Counted from the first letter of the whole stretch, positions 12,835 to 26,248 are shown. The stretch: 63,396 nt of DNA, filler included, from Chiloscyllium plagiosum (GCF_004010195.1; 5 parts of one record of this genome joined end to end with filler, not necessarily neighbours in it), one strand, 5' to 3'. Made by a program: numbers and translations. Notes: generated from the sequence alone by a model not told the origin.

Positions 12835-13933
12835 AGGCAAGGACTGATTCGGAATTGAAGAAGGGCTTATGCCCTAAACGTCGATTCTCCTGCTCCTTTG
12901 ATGCTGCCAGACCTGCTCCGCTTTTCCAGCAACACATTTTTAAGCACTGATTCGGGATAGTCAACATGGCTTTGTACATGGGAGATCATGTCTTTTGGGA
13001 GATTGAGTTTTTTGAGGAAATAACAAAGAAGATTGATGAGGGCCGAATGTTAGATGTGATCTATATGGACTTCAGTCAGGCGTTCGACAAGATTCCCATG
13101 GGAGACTGATTAGCAAGGTTAGATCTCACGGAATACAGGGAGAACTAGCCATTTGGATACAGAACTGGCTCAAAGGTAGAAGACAGAGGGCGGTGGTGGA
13201 GGGTTGTTTTTCAGACTGGAGGCCTGTGACCAGTGGANNNNNNNNNNNNNNNNNNNNNNNNNNNNNNNNNNNNNNNNNNNNNNNNNNNNNNNNNNNNNNN
13301 NNNNNNNNNNNNNNNNNNNNNNNNNNNNNNNNNNNNNNNNNNNNNNNNNNNNNNNNNNNNNNNNNNNNNNNNNNNNNNNNNNNNNNNNNNNNNNNNNNNN
13401 NNNNNNNNNNNNNNNNNNNNNNNNNNNATCGGAAAGATGTTGTGAAACTTGAAAGGGTTCAGAAAAGATTTACAAGGATGTTGCCAGGGTTGGAGGATTT
13501 GAGCTATAGAGAGAGGCTGAACAGGCTGGGGCTGTTTTCCCTGAAGCGTCGGAGGCTGAGGAGTGACCTTATAGAGGTTTACAAAATTATGAGGGGCATG
13601 GATGGGGTAAATAGGCAAAGTCTTTTCCCTGGGGTTGGGGAGGCTAGAACTAGAAGCCATAGGTTTAGGGTGAGAGGGGAAAGATATTAAAGAGACCTAC
13701 AGGGTAACTTTTTCACACAGAGGGTGATATGTGTATGGAATGAGCTGCCAGAGGATGTGATGGAGGCTGGTACAATTGCAACATTTAAGAGGTATTTGGA
13801 TGGTATGTGAATAGAAAGGGTTTGGAAGGATATGGGCCGGGTGCTGGCAGGTGGGACTAGATTGGGTTGGGATATCTGGTTGGCATGGACAGGTTGGACT
13901 GAAGGGTCTATTTCCGTGCTGTATATGACTCTA
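12835..13933 (+). mobile_element. CR1 LINE 3' part with assembly gap
   Basis: RT motifs, ERVQKRFTRMLPGL and 3'UTR. Confidence 0.9.
12853..12945 (+). mobile_element. Family A element inserted in CR1 ORF2
   Basis: TSD actgattcgg at 12843-12852 and 12946-12955; decayed core TTGAAGA-A-GGGC-TTAT-GCCC-TAAA-CGTC. Confidence 0.85.
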
Positions 13934-14464
13934 ATAGGTTTTTGGACGAAGAAAGAATTAGCTGGTGGAGGCGAGTTAATGAGTAAGTATGAAGTTAAGA
14001 TCAGTCAACATTTTAATGAATAGTGAAGCAAGCTTGAGGGTTGGGATGGCTCAGTCTACATTGATTTCTCATCTACTTATAAATAAGGTTATCGGAATCA
14101 GAAGTGGCCTTTCTTTGATGGATCCAGACAATACTTAGTGATAAGCCTGACAACACTTTATCGGCAATTTTGCAAATTGAATGAAACTTCTTGTGCATAA
14201 CTGAGACTTCATGGGACTTACCCCTCATTCCCTCTTCACTGTTGAGAAAAACCCACACAGAGAGGAAAGAAGACCTTGAACAATTTTTAAAGTTATCTCA
14301 TAAACAGGAAGTGCATCATTGACCAACTCTAACTGACCCTTAACTGAGAGGCTTACTCGGTCATCTCTGCAGGCAGTACTGAGTTGGGAGTCACCAGAGC
14401 TATCAAGACTGGCAGATAGATTCTATTAGTAAGCTTTTCAAGGAGGAGATCCTAGAAGAATGCA

Positions 14465-14820
14465 CAGAATCTTTACAGTGTAGGAAACAGGCCGTTCAGC
14501 TCAACAAGTCCACTTTGACTCTCTGAAAAGTATCACACCCAGGCTCACCCTCCTATCCTATCCTATCCCCATAACTGTGCATTTAGCATGGCTAACCAAC
14601 ATCATCTGCGCATCCCTGGACACTACGGGCAATTTAACATGGCCAATCCACCTGAGCTGCGCATCTTTGGACTGTGGGAGGAAACTGGAGCACCCGGAGG
14701 AAACCCACGCAGACACGGGGAGAATGTGTAAACCCCACACAATCACCCTAGGTGAAATCGAACCCAGGTCCCTGACACTGTGAGGTAGCAATGCTAACCA
14801 CTGAGTCACTGTACCACACC
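14465..14820 (-). mobile_element. HE1/V-SINE-like SINE
   Basis: Same consensus as 5533-5850. Confidence 0.85.
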
Positions 14821-15074
14821 TACAGTTAAGTATAGCTTGTAGGGCTGAAAGGAACTAAGGGGATGGGGAGAAAGCAGAAACAGGGGACTGAGCTGGATGA
14901 TCAGCCATGATCATGTTGAATGGCAGAACAGGCTCAAGGGGCGGAAGGGCCTACTCCTGACCCTATGTTCTGACATGTTCCTATGTCAGCCATTTAGGAT
15001 TGAAACAAAGGGAAATTTCTATTTCCAAGGGCTTGAAAGGCAGAATCGCCAATTCCTGTTTTCTATGTTTCTAG

Positions 15075-16105
15075 ATATTGTGTCCAGTTCTGGATGCTCT
15101 GTTTTAGAAAAGATTTTATTAAGCTGGAGAGAGTTCAGAAAACATTTACCAGGATGTTGTCAGGTGTGGGAGGTTTGAATTATAAAAAAAGGCTGGATAG
15201 GCTGGAACCTTTTTCACTGAAGTGTAAGGGGTGGCGAGGTGACTTTACAGAAGTTTATAAAATAATGAGGAGTATAAACGAGTTAATGGTTGTTGTCTTT
15301 TCCCTATGACAGGGGCTTTCAAGACCAAGGGGGCACATTTTTAATGTGAGGGGAGAGAAATTTTAAAAAGACATGAGGGGCAATTTTTTTTACACAGAGG
15401 ATGATTCACGTGTGGAATGATCTTCCTGAGGAAGTAGTGGATGTGGGCACAGTTACAATGTTTAAAACACATTTGGCTAAGTACATGAGTTTGGAGGGAT
15501 ATGGGCAAGGAGCAGGCAGGTGGGACCAGTTTAGTTTGGGATTATGTTTTGTGGGAAACGAAGCTCACTGTTCAATTATTTCAGTCTGAGTCAAATTCTG
15601 AAGCAGTCTTTATTCATACGTTCTTGCAAGCCCCGGTGACCACAAAGTAGGCACACTTCTGAATAATTTTATTGCACATTTATACAGTTTTCTATGAGCC
15701 CCTCTGTACCTCCCCTTTTGCGTCGTATGTGACAGTTGTATTGCTCTGTGCAGCTGCTAATCTAATCGGTTTACCACATCAGTCTGTGGCCTGTTGTTAA
15801 CGTGCAACCCCCCCACTTGATAGCTGGGTCTTATTACTTTTGCTGACGCAACACTGGGTCTTATTTGGTTACCTTGTTCATACTAACTCCCTATGTGCGT
15901 GACAATTGCAACTGTCATGTCAATACATCTGTTTCTACTTGTCGACCACCTCTCTTTATGGTTAGTTATTTCTTGGTATATACCCTCATGATTCCGCCTT
16001 GCGAGTTTTGCAGAAACAACATTTGCAAGCACCTCTCACATGTTTGGCATGGACTGATTGAAGTGAAATATCTGTTTCTGTGCTGTATGACTCTAAGACT
16101 CTATG
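15075..16105 (+). mobile_element. CR1 3' part split by a solo LTR
   Basis: ERVQKTFTRML motif; the 3'UTR resumes at 16041 after the insertion. Confidence 0.85.
15550..16040 (-). mobile_element. Solo LTR (491 bp)
   Basis: TG...CA termini (tgtggga / tctcaca); 5-bp TSD tgttt at 15545-15549 and 16041-16045; AATAAA and TATAAA on the minus strand. Confidence 0.8.
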
Positions 16106-16855
16106 ACCCCACTGTCACTGTCACTATCATTGAGGCAAGTTTTCAATTCCAGATATTAATAAGCAAGTTTAGATTCCACCAGCTGCCAAATCCCCAGAGG
16201 GTTAAGCAGGACTCTCTGGATTGGCATTTCCACTACATCATGCCTTACCCTTCCAGAATAGAAATTGTTCTGTTCCCTGCACCTCTGACTTTGAGGAAAG
16301 AGAACCATCATCATGACAATGGTTTTGAACCTAGTTAGGAAGTGAGGAGCACAGACTGTACCTCAATCTTAAAAGCTTCCAATCATCTGAGAAATAGGTG
16401 GAATTCTGCAGGACAACTAACTGGGATAATGACCATTAAGGTGTGCAATAATTTTAGCACCTTTGAGCTTTCAGGAATGAACACATAAATGTTAGACATT
16501 CTTGTGAACACATTAAAACACCAAATAAAATTTTTATTGAATCAATTTTAACTGCTGTTTAATGCACTTCCTGTACATTAAAAGTAATTTCACCTCCTTT
16601 ACCCAATAGTTTACAGATATTAGCAGTGAATTTATTGAACCAGAATCTCCCATTGCAAGAGAGAATTAAAAATAGAGGAGAAAGAAATGCTCAATTCACC
16701 AGTTAACAATCTATTCAAAAATAAGAATTAACTTGCCTTTATATAATGCCTCAGAACATCCTAAAGTGCTTTATAGCCCAATGAACTGCTTTTGAAATAG
16801 GTCATGTTGCAACATAGGAAATGTAACAGCCAATTTGTATACAGCAATGTCACAT

Positions 16856-17185
16856 AGAAGAAGGGCTCATGCCCGAAACGTCGATTCTCCTGCTCCTTGG
16901 ATGCTGCCTGACCTGCTGTGCTTTTCCAGCAACACATTTTCAGCTCTGATCTCCAGCATCTGCAGTCCTCACTTTCTCACACAGAGAATAGTCTGACAAT
17001 CTTTTAGTGCTCAGTTTTAAGGGATAGCTGTTGACCAGGTTGAGAGTCAAACTCGGAGAAAGTGAGGTCTGCAGATGCTGGAGATCAGAGTTGACAGTGT
17101 GGTGCTGGAAAAGCACAGCAGGTCAGGCAGCATCCGAGGAGCATAAGAATCAATGTTTCGGGCCTAAGCCCTTCATCAGGAATGA
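16856..17185. mobile_element. Two family A elements in inverted orientation within a DeuSINE-like remnant
   Basis: Plus copy 16856-16978 (GGGC-TCAT-GCCC-GAAACGTC) and minus copy 17054-17185 (CTGATGA-A-GGGC-TTAG-GCCC-GAAACATT). Confidence 0.85.
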
Positions 17186-17431
17186 GAGGGAGACTCTCCC
17201 AGCCTTTGTCAGAATAGTGCCATGGGAATCTCTAACCTGAATGTGGAAGTGATGCTTTGGTTTATACCTCATTCAAAAGACAGAACGTCCAGCGTGCATT
17301 GTCTTGTGTCTTACGGTCATTATGTTGGCGCATGCTTAAAAGGCACATCCATGGTAATATCAATATGTCCCAGAATGTGTTGCAAGGGTATAATGGCTCA
17401 TACTCCATCTTACTTAGATTACTTAAAGTCT

Positions 17432-17755
17432 TAGGGTGGCATGGTGGCTCAGTGGTTCGCACAGCTGCCTCACAGCTCCAGCCTCAGGTGATTGTTTGTG
17501 TGGTGTTTACGCATTCTCCCCGTGTCGACATGGGCTTCCTCTGGTTCCTTCCACAGTCCAAAGATGTGTGGGTTAGGAGGATTGGCCATGCTAATATACC
17601 TATAGTGTCCAGGAATGTGCAGGCTAGGTGGGTTAGTAATGGGAAATGTAGGGTTACAAGGGTAGACCGGCAGGTCTGTGTGGGATGCTGTTCAGAGGGT
17701 CAGTGTGGACTCAATGGGCTGAAAGGCCTATTTGCACATTGTGGGGATTGTATGA
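17432..17755 (+). mobile_element. HE1/V-SINE-like SINE
   Basis: gggtggcatggtggctcagtggt head and V-domain. Confidence 0.85.
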
Positions 17756-18699
17756 CAGTCTACTGGAAGCTCTGTTGTAATTGTTAACCCAGACACTTAA
17801 ATAGAATATTTGCAGTCACCTGTAATACATGCCTGTTGGCATTTATTTGGGAGTGGATATTGTGGTATTCTTCTGTTACTCCCAAATTCTTATGTTACAA
17901 GGGGATAACATAACACTTTGCTACATGAGGTAAAGCATGTTGTTAGAGGAAACAGTCTCACCACAGTGTAGGATATGTATTCAGTCCTGTACTGAATGTA
18001 CCATGGATCAAGTATCATCCTGTATTATGTGCCCAAGCCTCTGGTTTGGAGCTTGAACCCCCGAGTGCCTGCTTTTGAAGCAAGTGGCTCAGATAAGAGG
18101 ATTGCTTTCACAGGACACAACCAAGTTGCAAATGTTATTTGTTTTATTTTGCATTTTTTAATCAAGCTAAGTTCATTAGGACCTTGAAGCACTATCTTAT
18201 TATAGAGGTGTTATAAACGTATCATTGCACATCACAAATGAATGTGCGCCAGCCTTCAGAAGAAAAGAATCTTTCCAGGTGCGTGCTATTAAATCTTTTA
18301 TATCGGTCACTGTGAAGTCTGGCTTGCTGCCTTGTTACCTCGGCTATGCCAATGCTCACTGGGCTGGCCTCCCACATTTTACCCTCTGTCGCAAATCATT
18401 GCTTTATAATAAAAGCATAAAAAAAAGGGTTCTGAGAAAGAGTCATTCTGCATTCAAATCATTAATTCTATTTCTCTCCAGAGATGCTCACAAACCTTGC
18501 TGAGTTTCTCCAGCATTTGCTGTTTCTTATTGTTTCATAAGTCTCCTTGAATGTGTGTTGAGACGCTTTATTGCATTAGAAAATGCCATATAACTGCAAA
18601 TTGTTACTAAAAGTAGGGAAGTGTAAATTTAAAGCCATCAAAAATCTATAGCTGTGCCCCATTTAGACTAACTAACTGCTCTGCTTGCTGACCTACAGT

Positions 18700-19095
18700 A
18701 TTAAATTTCATTCTGAAGTTTAACATTTCCTTCCTGATTATCACTTCCGTGCAGAAGACATGGTCTCGCCCTTTCTCTATAATCTTCTCTAGCCTCCAAA
18801 CTATCTACACTTCTCTCATTCTGGCCTTGAGAATATCCTGATTGTAATTGCTCCAGCTTTGCTGGTCCTGTCTTCAACTGTTAAGGTTCCAAACTGTGGA
18901 ATTCCCAGACTAAGCTCTCTGCTTCTTGAGCTCTCTATCCTTCGTCAAACATGTCGCCCAAAACTATTCCTGTTGAAGGGCTTATGCCCAAAACATTGAC
19001 CCACCTGCTCCTCGGATGCTGCCTGACCTGCTGTGCTTTTCCAGTGCCACACTGTTCGACCCCAAAACCTATCACTTTGACCAAGCTTTCTCAAT
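18700..19095 (+). mobile_element. L2-like LINE 3' remnant with a family A insertion at ~18966-19060
   Basis: L2-type end (aaactgtggaattccc...aaaaccta.c..tttgaccaagcttt); TSD cccaaaac around the insertion. Confidence 0.55.
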
Positions 19096-19159
19096 ATGTT
19101 AAAATGTCAAAGTTTGTGCTATTATGTACACTGATTGTGCACAAGGTTATTGAGATGAT

Positions 19160-19490
19160 TTGGGTGGCATGGTGGCTCAGTGGTTAGTAGTGCCACTTCA
19201 TAGCAATAGGGACCTGGGTTCAACTCCAACCATGGCAACCATCTGTGTGGAGTTTGCACATTCTCCCTGTGTCTGTGGGTTTCCTTCGAGTGCTCTGATG
19301 TCCTCCCACAATCCAAAGATGTGCAGTTTAGGTAAACTGGCTGTGCTAAATTGCCCATAATGTTCAGGGATATGTAGGTTAGCTGCATTGGCCAGAGGTA
19401 AAAATGGGTCTGGGTGGGGTTCCTCTTCGAAAGTTCAGCATGGACTTGTTGAGCCAAAGGGCCTGTTTCCACATTGTTGGATTTCTATGC
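19160..19490 (+). mobile_element. HE1/V-SINE-like SINE
   Basis: Consensus match, full length. Confidence 0.85.
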
Positions 19491-19529
19491 TTTATAATAA
19501 GTGCCACATATCGACAAACTGTTGTTAAA

Positions 19530-19748
19530 AATAATTGTTGTATTGCCAGACCATAGGGGCTGCTCTCTCAATAGAGAGAAGCAACTGGTGGTGATTTAAC
19601 CTGAGGGCCACCAAACCTAGAGGTGAGGGAAGAGGCTCAGTAGGATGGTCCTTCATGGTATCCTCAGACTGGTGAGGGGAATTGAACCTATGCTGCTGAT
19701 ATAATATTGCTCTGTAAACCAGCAATTCAGCCAACTGAGCTAAACCAA
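19530..19748 (-). mobile_element. tRNA-derived SINE, second family
   Basis: Minus strand A-box 'tagctcagttgg' and B-box 'ggttcaattcc'. Confidence 0.6.
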
Positions 19749-21439
19749 TTCCCAGGCACTAAAAATAGTAAAGTGTGAGAAAATGGTGGGTGACAATTCT
19801 TATTTAGGTTGATTTCTGTTGGAACCATTTGTATGTCTTGGGTACATTCACTGCCACCAATCCTCCTTGATTGTAGCAATCTAAGTTATTGACATTTTGT
19901 GCGGAAGAATACTCACACAAACTATTTGGCAGAATCCTAGCTCAATCTTGATGATACCAGTAAACAGGTTTTATTTAGTAGCTGATTACAACGTATCTGA
20001 GATTCACAATTGTGTCTTGTGGGATTATTAGGCTCAAGTGAAGAGTAAGTATACATTATTCCGATAGCTGCAAGCTGTTCATACTAAGAACGAACAGTAA
20101 AATACTATACATTCCCTGGTGTAAACATACGGAACTACTCGGAGATAGGGAGAGTTATGGTTGATTCTTACAAAGAATATTCTTGATATTTTCTAATCAA
20201 CTTAATCTGTGATGTTTCTAGAGTCATAGAATCACACAGTACAGAAAAGACCCATAAGCTCATCAAGTCTGTACCACCAAAAATGCACTAAATCTGCATG
20301 AGAGGGATATGGACCAAACAACAGGCAAATGGGTCTAGTGTAGTTTGGGATTATGTTCGGTATGGACTGGTTGGACTGAAGGGTCTGTTTCCATGCTCTA
20401 TGACTCTTTGGTCCTACTTTCCCACACCAGCTCTATAGCCTTAAATGTTATGACACTTCAAGTGCTCATGCAAGTATAGCAAACTTTTTATTAACAGGCG
20501 CCTATGGAACTAGGAGTGGGCTGTTTGTTTGGAGCTTGAACATTCTCCCTGTGTCTGTATGGGTTTCCTCCCACAGTCCAAAGATGTGTAGGTTAGGTGG
20601 ATTGACCATGGGATATGCAGAGTAATAGGATAGAGGGGTGGGTTTGGATGGGATGCTCTTTAGAAGGTCAGTGTGGACTCAATGGGCCGAAGAAGGTTCA
20701 CTGGATTCTAAACATTAACTCTGCTTTCTGCCCACACAGATCTGCTGAGTTTTTCCAGCATTTTCTGATTTTGTTTCTGATAGCCACTCTTTTTTTTCTT
20801 ATACCTTTGTCTCTCCAGGTGGTGGAGAACATAGACTTGGAAGATGACTGCCACATACCTTGTAGATGCTGCCACTGTGCATCATCAGTGGGAGGAAGTG
20901 GATGTTGAAGTTGGTGAATGGGATGTCAAGATGATGTCAACATTCTTTCATGTTTATGGAGTGCACCCATTCAGGCAAATGGACAGTATTCAATCACACT
21001 CCTGACACGTGTCTCCCAGATGGTGGGATATTCTCCGCAGAATTCCCAGCTTTTGATATTCTTTCATCGCCATGGAATGTATACTATGTCTTATGACTGT
21101 CTTGTGAGGAGTGCTTGAGTAGGTTGGGCTTGTACTTGTTGGAATTTGGAAGAACAAGAAGCAACTTTGTCAAACTATACAACATTCTTAGGGGATCTGA
21201 CAAGGTAAATGTGGAAAGATTGTTACCCCCCCTTGTGGGAGTGTCTCGAACCAAAGGGCATCAACTCACTATAAGGGACCACCATTTAGGACCGAGTTGA
21301 GGAAGAATTTCTTCTCTCAGTGGGTAGTGAATCTGTGGAAGCCTTTACTGCACACTGCCATTGAGGCTGAGTCATTAAGCATATTCAAGTCTGAGACAGT
21401 CAGATTTGAAATCTGTAAGGGAATCTGGGGATTTCAGGA

Positions 21440-22135
21440 AGTGGAGTGGAGGGCATGCCCCTGTCTGCGTCAATTCAGCTGAGGTGGAGATGGTTGAGAT
21501 GGTTCCTAGGAGTACTGATCACGAGTAATCTGTTCTGGTCCACCCACGTTGACTCCCTAAGTCAAGAAAACACAGCAATGCCTCTACTTCCTCAGGAGGC
21601 TAAGGAAATTCAGCACATCCACAAGGACTGCTACTAATGTTTATGATGCACATTAGGAAGCAGCCTATTTTGGATGCATCACAGCTTGGTATGTCAATTG
21701 GTCCTCGCAAGATGAAACAAAACTATGGTGGGTCATGACTACAGCCCAGTCAGTCACACAATCCAGCTACCCATCCATTGACTCCATCTATACTTCCCGC
21801 TGCATCGGGAAAGCAACCAACATAATCAAAGACCCCTCCCATCCTGGTTATACTCTCTTCCACCCTCTTACATCAGGCAGAAGATATAAAAGTTTGTATA
21901 CACATATGAACAGTTTCAAGAACTGCTTCTTCCCCGCTGTTATCAGACTTTTCAATGGGCATCATTAATGTTCATGTTGATCTCTTTCTGTTCCTTCTCA
22001 GCAGCTGCAACATTCTCTCCTGCTGTTACCCTGATGCACTTGTGTAGTACGGTCTGCCTGTAAACCACGTTAAGACAACACTTTTCACTGCACCTTGGTA
22101 CACGTGATAGTAATAAATTAAATCGAATCAAAAGC
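21440..22135 (+). mobile_element. Rex1/Babar LINE 3' part
   Basis: FLGVLITSNL.WSTHV; C..KATNIIKDPSHPGY.LF..L.SGRRY motif. Confidence 0.8.
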
Positions 22136-23099
22136 ACAAAAAATCAAAATTCACCATCTCATGATTTTGATCTTCCACCTCAAAGGTGATGATATTCAAT
22201 TAATCCCTTTTCTTGTCTCTTCCAAAAATGCATGACTTTGTAGCAGATTGCTCATGTGGAGTGGGAGGCAAAGAGTAAAAGTGAAGCAGATATTCGGCAG
22301 ATGCGTTGCTTCTTCACGTGCATTGACAAATACTTTGTCGATTGATATTGATTTTGCATCTTGCACACTTCAGATGGACTTTCCGATCATTAAAAGATCT
22401 GGGCTTTAGGCTCAGCTGAATACAAGACAGCCCCAGTTCAGGTAAAAATTAAAACTTACTTCCTAATTTAGGCTGGCACTCCAGTATAGGAATGGTTCAA
22501 CAATTGCCTTAAACATAAGACATGTTCATTTATCTGGGAGTGAGACCTTGCAGTGCTCAAACTGCCTGCTGGCTTCCCTCCATCACAGCAATGATTCTGT
22601 TTGTGGCTGAGGCCAGAAAGAGGGGGCACTTTTTTTAAAATTAGGTGTCACCCTTTCAGGACAGAAATTAAGGGAATTTTTTTTCTTTCTTAGGGGATTG
22701 TGTGACTTTGGAACTCTCTGCTCCAGAAAGTAGCGCAGGCAGAGTCATTGAATGTTTTTAAGACAGAGATTCTTGTTGGGGAGGGGAACCAAAGCTTAGA
22801 GAGTGTAGATGGGAATGTCGAATTTGAAATGCAAACAAATTATCTTATTGAATATTGATTCTGGCTCAAAAGTCCAAAAGATTACTTCTGCTTTCAATTC
22901 ATATGTTCATATTGCTTCAAAGAGCCAGTAAGTAGTTGATTGTGAAGTATTTTGCAATGTTGTAAAGATGTGTAAGGTGCCATATTAATGCAAATTGTAA
23001 TTGTTGCCAGGAGTGGTGACCCTCACTTCCTCCTCTCTGTGTTGTCATACCTCACTGGAGTAATGTGCTGAAATTGAAATCCTTTTGCTATAATAAAGC

Positions 23100-23400
23100 T
23101 ATAGATTAGATTACATACAGTGTGGAAACAGGCCCCTCAGCCCAACAAGTCCACACTGACCCTCTGGAGAATAACCCACACAGACCAATTTCCCTAACTA
23201 AAACACCTAACACTCTGGGTAACTTAGCATGGCCGATTCACCTAAGCTGCACATCTTTTGGAACGTGGGAGGAAACCCATGCAGGCAATGTGTAAATTCC
23301 ACACAGACAGTCACCTGAGGTGGGAATTGAACCCAAGTCCCTGGCGCATTGAGGCACCCTCATTAGGCCAAGTGGCTTGTTTCCATACTGTAGGGATTCT
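23100..23400 (-). mobile_element. HE1/V-SINE-like SINE with an adjacent opposite-strand SINE tail
   Basis: Consensus match; plus-strand tail 'gtttccatactgtagggattcta' at about 23365-23402. Confidence 0.75.
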
Positions 23401-23532
23401 ATGATAGATTTTATAAACGTTTGCAAAATGCTCCTAGTTCCCTGTCTATAGACCCAGGTTGACAGGGAGCACGGGTAAGGTTTCTGTGCTTAACAAGGAT
23501 TACTATTGACTACAAATGAATACTATTTTTGT

Positions 23533-23862
23533 TTTATTTGTTCGTACAATGAGGGCATCACTGGCTAGGCCAGCATTTATTGCCCATGAGGGCAATTAAG
23601 AGTCAGCCACATTGCTGTGGGTCTGGAGTCATATGTAGGTCAGACCAGGTAAGAATGGCAGTTTCCTTCCCTAAAGGACAATAGTGAACCAGGAGGGCAT
23701 TTCTAACAATTGACAATGGGCTCACGTTCATCATTAGACTCTTAATTCCAGATTTTCTTTTAAAAAAACAGATTCAATTTTCACCATGGCAGGATTCAAA
23801 CCTGTGTCCCTAGGACATTACCTGACTTCCTGGAGTAATAGGCCAGTGATAATACCACTAGC
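23533..23862 (-). mobile_element. tRNA-headed SINE sharing head and tail with the LINE at 54805-56108 and 43590-44730
   Basis: Minus strand 'tagtggtattatcactgg' head, B-box ggtttgaatcc and tail 'gggcaataaatgctggcc'. Confidence 0.7.
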
Positions 23863-25099
23863 TAGATGAAAATAATGACGAACTGTTGACATATAACTCT
23901 ATTAATCAAAATCTAACACCCCTTATAAAACTCCCGCAACATATATATACAGATAAGATACAAAGAAAATTGATGTTATGCATGAAGGAAAAACAGGGAA
24001 GGTAATTCAATGGTGCCTGACTGAGATGATCTTTTCAATCTTTGCTGTTTAATAACCTCTCTCTTCTCAATGTGCCTCCAGGGGGGTATAGTGTGATTGG
24101 CTCACAATCTATAAAGTCTCTGACGTATTGGTTAAAAGTAACAACTTACAGCAACCAGTGAGGGAAAATAAACAGGCGTTCTTCATGTTTTAGGTGTGTT
24201 TTACTGCAGAATGAAAACCCTTCATGTGGTGGTCCAAAGGCTTCTAACTAGTCTACCTGGGAGCCAATCACACGATTGTTGGCAGGCAGAAAGCCTTTCT
24301 CGTCAACAAGTGAACACAACTGCACAAACCAAACTCCCCAAACCACTACTGTCCTTTCAGATGATAGGACTATCATGATGTTCTTGGAAACCCACAAACT
24401 TTGAGCCAGCAGACGTGAGGGAATGATCATGTAATTATTGAAGAGGATCTTGTAGTTGATGAAGCAAGGAAAAAGGATGTGTGAAAGACCTGTATTCACT
24501 TTTAGAGAACATATATTTAAGGTGTCAGAAGATTAGGTTAACTGCCAAAATGCCAGAGAGTATTCTTACTTAATTTAACATAAGCCCCTGGGGGTTACTT
24601 TATCTGTGTTTCATGAGTCTACCAGCATCAAACTTCATTGACATATGATGAATCAGATAATTGCAGGTTATTTTGTAGGTGGATCTACTACATGTACATG
24701 TGACTTTTTAAGATGTTAACGTTGTCTGGTTCAGTCAAGTGATTTATTACAGTTGAACATTAAGGAGACTGTTGTCGGTGAAATAGATACTTATGCTCCA
24801 CGACCAAACCTGATGGGGTGTTTGAACATGTGTAATTCAAGGGCTACGTTGAGCTTTCCTCAGTATTACCCAAACTGTCTCACATAATATTGAAAATTAA
24901 CCATGGATTCCATAATTTATAAGTGGTAGGATTCCTTCTTCACATTTCTAATGTCTAAGGTACTGACTAAGGAGTTTATTATCTGTTTTGTCATTTGTGT
25001 GGGAGGCCAAACTCTATTTTGTCTTGAAAACGACTGCTACTCAAGTCCACTGTCTCTGGCCCTGGCCCCAGGTGAGATAGTGAGATGATCAAGTTACTG

Positions 25100-25166
25100 G
25101 ATTAGTGGTGCTGGAAGAGCACAGCAGTTCAGGCAGCATCCAAGGAGCTTCGAAATCGACGTTTCC
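25100..25166 (-). mobile_element. Family A element truncated at the hammerhead core by a CR1 5' end
   Basis: Family A sequence ends at gacgtttc (GAAACGTC on minus) directly before the CR1 5'UTR. Confidence 0.75.
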
Positions 25167-25824
25167 AGCTCACTCTCTCAGTGGAGCAGGTAAGGCAGTG
25201 GCTGCTTGAAGGCTCGGTGACATTTATTTAACGGTTTAAATTTGAAAGTTTTTTTTTAAAAAAAGCGCAGAGTGGACCCGGAAGCTGGTGTAGCGCAAGC
25301 TTACCTGGGTAGGTTTTTTTTCCCTATAAAATTGCGCAGGAGAGGAACCCGAGGCACTACTGAGGTAGTGCCTCCCACCCACCCTCCTCCTCTAACCTAG
25401 TAATATGGCCCGTTGTGGTAAGTAGGTAAGTGCTGCATTTTGCTTGTTCTATTCTTTAGATCTAGTTTTTTTTAAAGGTTAATTTTAGAGGGATGGCAGT
25501 GAAGGCAGTGCAATGTTCCTCTTGCAACATGTTTGAGGTGAGGAATGCCATGGACGTCCCTGCTGATTACACTTGCAGGAAGTGCACCCATCTCCAGCTC
25601 CTCCAAGACCGTGTTAGGGAACTGGAGCTGGAGTTGGATGAACTTAGGATCATTCGGGAGGCAGAGCGGGTCATAGATCGGAGCTTTAGGGAAGTAGTAA
25701 CTCCAAAGATGGCAGATAGATGGGTGACAGTGAGGGGGACTGGGAGGAAGCAGCCAGTGCAGGGACCCTCTGCGGCCATTCCCCTCAAGAACAAGTATAC
25801 CGTTTTGGATACTTGTGGGGGGGA
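25167..25824 (+). mobile_element. CR1 LINE 5'UTR and start of ORF1 (likely full-length copy cut by a gap)
   Basis: CpG-containing 5'UTR followed by an open ORF1. Confidence 0.8.
25493..25824 (+). CDS. CR1 ORF1 protein N-terminus (zinc finger/leucine zipper), truncated by gap
   Basis: CSSC-x16-CRKC zinc motif followed by coiled coil LQDRVRELELELDEL, W..V and L.NKY..L motifs. Confidence 0.8.
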
Positions 25825-26248
25825 NNNNNNNNNNNNNNNNNNNNNNNNNNNNNNNNNNNNNNNNNNNNTTAATTAATTAANNNNNNNNNNNNNNNNNNNN
25901 NNNNNNNNNNNNNNNNNNNNNNNNCAGATGACCGTCAAAACCACGCGGCCAACAAGGAAGAACAGAAAAAAATCTCTTACCTTGGTCCGTGCACGGAGTT
26001 GTCTGGCCTTTTTAAATGTGTGTACCCCCGTGTATAGTCACTAGCCGGTCGTCCCAGCACTCGTCCGTGTGTTCCTTTTTCCAGGATTCAAAATTAATTT
26101 TAAATGAGCCGGGTCACCTCCTCTCTTGGCCGACGGCTGACAGACCAAGCTGATCAGTGAGAAGTATAAATATATACTAGACGCGTCTTTGTTGTGATCA
26201 GGCTTGATCCGTGAGCCGAAGAGACTTTCCCCCGGCAATAATTATTTC

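Noticed and set aside
19898..20172. Possible solo LTR (starts tgtgcgg, has tttatt, ends ttaca)
   Set aside because: No matching TSD at the candidate ends and no second copy in the window
23458..24440. Possible old LTR interrupted by a SINE
   Set aside because: Only compositional resemblance; termini and TSD could not be defined
25270..25400. HDV-like ribozyme in the CR1 5'UTR
   Set aside because: I could not assign the nested double-pseudoknot pairings; only a simple hairpin is supported
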